In this document: positions 60,642 through 64,000 of the stretch, one piece after another
How positions within the stretch are numbered: position 1 is the stretch's first letter
How the letters are laid out: each line of letters opens with the position of its first letter
Origin: an uncultured Verrucomicrobiales bacterium
GTDB taxonomy: Bacteria > Verrucomicrobiota > Verrucomicrobiia > Verrucomicrobiales > DEV007
Reading direction: 5' to 3'
Assembly (NCBI GenBank): GCA_938091905.1
Contig: CALKOM010000117.1
Location: forward strand, 1 to 64,000
DNA: 64,000 nt
Notes under the pieces: generated by a model
Database searches by the model: none
What the model saw: only the letters and a program-made list of their open reading frames with translations
Told to the model about the DNA's origin: nothing
Program-made: the position numbers and the translations under genes

Positions 60642-61939
60642 AACTCTTAGGTTGTCTTGTTAGCACGTTCGCCGTCCTGGCATCGATAGCCCACAGCCAG
60701 ACCGATGACTATGAACTGGCTCCTATGCTCTATTCTGCCACTCAAGCGACCGATCCAGTCGCGGCATGGCAGAAACGATTCGAAGAGAAATCTCTCCGTT
60801 TCGATCAGTCTAGCGAACGTGCGTTTCTTTCAAGCGTCCTCGATGAACTCAAGGTACCGATCGAATCCCAGGTCCTCGTCTATTCCAAGACGAGTCTACA
60901 GATCTCACACATCAGTCCGCGTCGCCCTCGTGCTCTCTATTTCTCAGACGAAGCTTACGTGGGTTGGGTGCAGGGTGGTGACATAGAGATCATCAGCATC
61001 GATCCAACGTTGGGCCCCATCTTCTACAAACTCACGATCCCACGCCCCAAGAGCACCCACCCACCACGGGTCGTCCGGTCACGCGATTGCCTAGGATGTC
61101 ACGGAAGCTCCCGTACAAGCAACGTGCCAGGAATGCTCGTGCGCTCTGTTAGATCAGATATTCGAGGATTTCCTTTACTCGCCACAGGGACATTCCTAAC
61201 AGAACCCAGCAGCCCGATCAAAGAAAGGTGGGGAGGCTGGTATGTCACGGGCACAAATGCGGGTGAACGCCACCTGGGCAATCTTATCTTCAATGAAGAA
61301 CTTGATCGGAATGAGGCCCGAGTGATCAAAGACATGGGTTCCGAATTGACTGATCTGAAGGGCGTCATCGACACGAAGGCCTACCTTCAACGCACGAGCG
61401 ACATCGTGGCCCTGATGGTAATGGAGCACCAAATCGCCGCCCACAACGCCTTAACGAAAGCGGCCTTTACCACGCGCAAGATGCTGCATCGCCAACGAGA
61501 ACTTGCCCGTTATTGGAACGAGCCCAACCGGGCCATGAGCGAGACGACGCAGCGTGTGATTGAGAGTCAAGCGACTCAACTTCTCCGCGTCTTTCTCTTC
61601 ACGGACGAGTTTGAGCTGGAGAGTTGGGGTGTTGAAGGCAACCAAGCCTTTCAAACAGCCTTTCTAAAACAGGCGAAACTTGATTCGTCGGGCCGCTCCT
61701 TGCGCGACTTCCATCTTCTCTCACGTTTATTCAAACATCGCTTGAGCTACATGGTTTACTCACGGAGTTTCAGGAGCCTACCTAAAGAAATCAAATCCGT
61801 CTTTCTGCATAAGCTAGAGCAGATGTTACAGACCCCCAAGGCCCATGAACTCTCCGAGCATCTGAGCAAGAAAGAAACCGCTCGGATTCAGCACATTCTC
61901 CGCGAGTCTAACGTGCTCCCGAATACTCCTTCGACTTAG
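60638..61939 (+). CDS. Secreted conserved hypothetical protein with one CxxCH (possible c-type cytochrome)
   Basis: Signal peptide, SKTSLQ, CLGCH, ERWGGWYVTG and SDIVALMVMEHQ. ATGA overlap with nsrR. Confidence 0.8.
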   Translation: MKLLGCLVSTFAVLASIAHSQTDDYELAPMLYSATQATDPVAAWQKRFEEKSLRFDQSSERAFLSSVLDELKVPIESQVLVYSKTSLQISHISPRRPRALYFSDEAYVGWVQGGDIEIISIDPTLGPIFYKLTIPRPKSTHPPRVVRSRDCLGCHGSSRTSNVPGMLVRSVRSDIRGFPLLATGTFLTEPSSPIKERWGGWYVTGTNAGERHLGNLIFNEELDRNEARVIKDMGSELTDLKGVIDTKAYLQRTSDIVALMVMEHQIAAHNALTKAAFTTRKMLHRQRELARYWNEPNRAMSETTQRVIESQATQLLRVFLFTDEFELESWGVEGNQAFQTAFLKQAKLDSSGRSLRDFHLLSRLFKHRLSYMVYSRSFRSLPKEIKSVFLHKLEQMLQTPKAHELSEHLSKKETARIQHILRESNVLPNTPST

Positions 61940-62870
61940 GATAGAACTGGGACCACGCCTTTCCGAACGACGGTATCGCCGGGATCTCCTTCAGGCGCTC
62001 GCCTTTCAGTGCCCCTTTCTCACAGGCACCTTGAAAGTTCCATGCAGATCCAGTTTTCCCGTCCATGACCGTTCCATCTTTCCAAACAAATTTGAGCGTT
62101 TTCTCGCCAAGTTGACGCGAGAAAGCTCGCCCACCAGTACTTTCCGAATCAAAGAGAATAACAATCGGAGCATCTTCAAACATGTCATTGACCACACGCT
62201 CTTCCTGTAATGTCTCAAACGGATAGGCTTTCGCGGACTTGATAGAGCGCAGCCCCAAGACGAATCGTCCTGGAGTCTCCTGAAATGCTTTCACAAACTC
62301 CCGCGCCGTTCGGTCGAGACCAAGCACGGTGGTCTTGGGATAGGCCTTCTTCCATGCAGCCCAAGTCATGATCGTGCCCGGAAGGGTCTGCAAGATTGTC
62401 CCTTTGAGTTCGCCGCGCATCGACTCCCCTAACAAATGACTCCAGAGAGATTCCGTTTCTTTGTCAACCATGACTAAGCTCCGATTCCAAAGCATACCTG
62501 AAACGGCAAAGCTCAGTTTCTTTCCTTTCACCTCACGGGCATACACGATGCCATTGTGACACAGATGTCACCACGTCGCCGCGATGGCTTGCCCCCCCAA
62601 CTGATCATTGATGATTTCACGACGCGGTCCTGTGAGCGTATTGATCGGATAGGCACGAGCCTCCTTCCCAACGACCACACCGAGAACCAGTTCCTCATTC
62701 TTAACCAGAGACCCGTCTGCTTTCTTCAGACTCACCACGTCCGGCTCGACAATAGCCCGGAAGACTCTTGGAATTACCACTCTTGGGTTAAACTCACGCT
62801 CGTCAGCGCCAGCAGCTAGCTGCAAAGCAAGAGGGATGAGGAATAAGAGAGCCGTCTGGTTGCACTTCAT
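61908..62870 (-). CDS. DUF3179 family selenoprotein (320 aa; UGA=Sec at codon 101, 62568-62570)
   Basis: ORFs 62568-62870 and 61908-62546 are one frame: ARAYP..EIINDQLGGQAIAATW-U-HLCHNGIVY..SGMLWN..VMVDKETESLWS. UxxC motif plus downstream hairpin. Confidence 0.85.
62529..62567 (-). promoter_or_regulatory. Putative bacterial SECIS element
   Basis: UGA-CAUC-UGUG-UCAC-AAU-GGCAU-[CGUGU]-AUGCC-C-GUGA-GGUG. The loop starts 21 nt after the UGA. Confidence 0.7.
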
Positions 62871-62926
62871 GATGAATAATGGGTTGGTAACAAAGTATAC
62901 GAATGCCCACCAGCCACAATGATTCC

Positions 62927-64000
62927 ATGAAACGGATCCTAGCCCTCATCGCCATGACCCTCATAAGCAGCCATGCCCAACGTTGGAAAGTTGGCGAATA
63001 CTTTCCTGCACTCACCTTGCCGACAATCGACGGAAAGGCTTCTCCACAAGTGGCTGATTTCCGAGGTAAGAAGCTGATGCTCCATGCGTTCGCCTCCTGG
63101 TGAGCGGGTTGTCGCACGCACGTGCCCGGGTGGCACGCTAGGACAGAAGCTCTCGTGAAAGACGGTAAGCTGAACGCGCTTGGACTAACACAAGAACAAC
63201 ACTCCTCCCGCACGTCACTCTTCATGCAATGGAAGGACATGAAGTGGCCCGTCTTATTAGACTCACTCAATTTGCTTGGGTGTAAGGGCATTCCCTTCAC
63301 TTTGCTTATTGATGAACACGGCGTGGTTCGTTACAATAATCCCAAGGAAGATGAACTCTCCACTTTCCTCACAACGAGTTATTCTAAACCCGACAACGAA
63401 GAAGCGTCGACTCCCTTTCCAAGCAAAGACAGTGCCGAAGGCATGCTTCTTTGGGGCGAAAAGTCTCAGATCACTTTGGCGATTGAACAACTAAAGGGGC
63501 AATTAGGAGGGGATACAAAGGACGGCCGGCCGCTTTTCCGAATCGGTGTGGCCTATCGCATGCGCTATGACTCCGAATATCGGCACGAGGGCGACTTTGA
63601 AAACGCTATTTCGTCATGGAAAAGCGCACTGCGCATCGATCCCGGCCAGTATATCTGGCGTCGCCGGATTCAGCAGTACGGCCCTCGATTGGACAAGCCG
63701 TATTCCTTCTATGACTGGGTGCACCAGGCGCGCGAGGAGATCGTGGCAAGAGGTGACAAGCCGTTCCCGCTAAGTATCGAGCCCACTGGTGCAGAGTTTG
63801 CCCTCCCCGAGAATGCGGCCAAGACTGGCGCGCTTGCGGACCATCCAGACCCAGACCCAGACCACAAAGTGCCTGCAGACCGTAACGCACTCGTCGGTGT
63901 GGAAAGTGTCATTGTCCCATCGACCAAATCGGATAAAGCAGCCTATCGCATTCATCTGACATTCACTCCAAATGCCCAGCGCAAGGTTCACTGGACAAAT
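62927..64000 (+). CDS. TlpA/thioredoxin-fold selenoprotein with TPR-like and further C-terminal domains (UGA=Sec at 63101-63103; partial, runs off window)
   Basis: Signal peptide, then FPALTLPTIDG..ADFRGKKLMLHAFASW-U-AGC..WPVLLD..IPFTLLIDEHGVVR. 299 stop-free codons follow the TGA. Confidence 0.87.
63110..63145 (+). promoter_or_regulatory. Putative bacterial SECIS element
   Basis: UGA-GCGGGU-UGUC-GCACGCA-CGUGCC-[CGGGU]-GGCACG-CUAG-GACA. The loop starts 24 nt after the UGA. Confidence 0.72.

Noticed and set aside
62871..62926. Operator-like inverted symmetry between the selenoprotein genes
   Set aside because: It needs several gaps to align and may just reflect similar C/A-rich leaders on both strands.
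1..64000. Genome-wide TGA=Trp recoding (TGA at apparent Trp sites 3781, 19702, 47770)
   Set aside because: TGA is a normal stop in many ATGA gene overlaps (4145, 14357, 33674, 38303, 57467, 60638) and intact genes use TGG. Two of the three cases lie in genes with other lesions.
1..64000. tRNA-Sec/selABD, rRNA, tRNA, transposases, prophage
   Set aside because: None recognised in this window, so the Sec machinery must be sought elsewhere in the genome.

Overview
Chromosomal window of a PVC-superphylum bacterium, most likely Verrucomicrobiota. This is inferred from the DUF1501/DUF1549/DUF1553 modules, planctomycete cytochrome c domains, PQQ-like propellers and the bamD-lptE-rsmI-miaA block. It carries an FtsX/MacB-type ABC module with a giant propeller protein, a divergent heavy-metal RND efflux operon with His-rich partners, sugar and glycoside enzymes, two DUF1501 modules, housekeeping genes, five decayed genes and REP-like repeats. 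The highlight is at the right end, where two head-to-head, signal-peptide-bearing genes that the ORF track breaks at an in-frame TGA are best read as selenoproteins. One is a DUF3179 protein (ATW-U-HLC). The other is a TlpA/thioredoxin-fold + TPR-like protein (ASW-U-AGC) whose frame stays open to the window end. Each UGA is followed by a SECIS-like hairpin with nearly the same apical loop, CG(U/G)GU. The pair abuts an apparently autoregulated nsrR-like/CxxCH-protein operon, suggesting an extracytoplasmic selenium-dependent redox or nitrosative-stress locus. I found no sel machinery genes, rRNA, tRNA, CRISPR array or intact transposase. All family calls come from motif recognition, not database searches.
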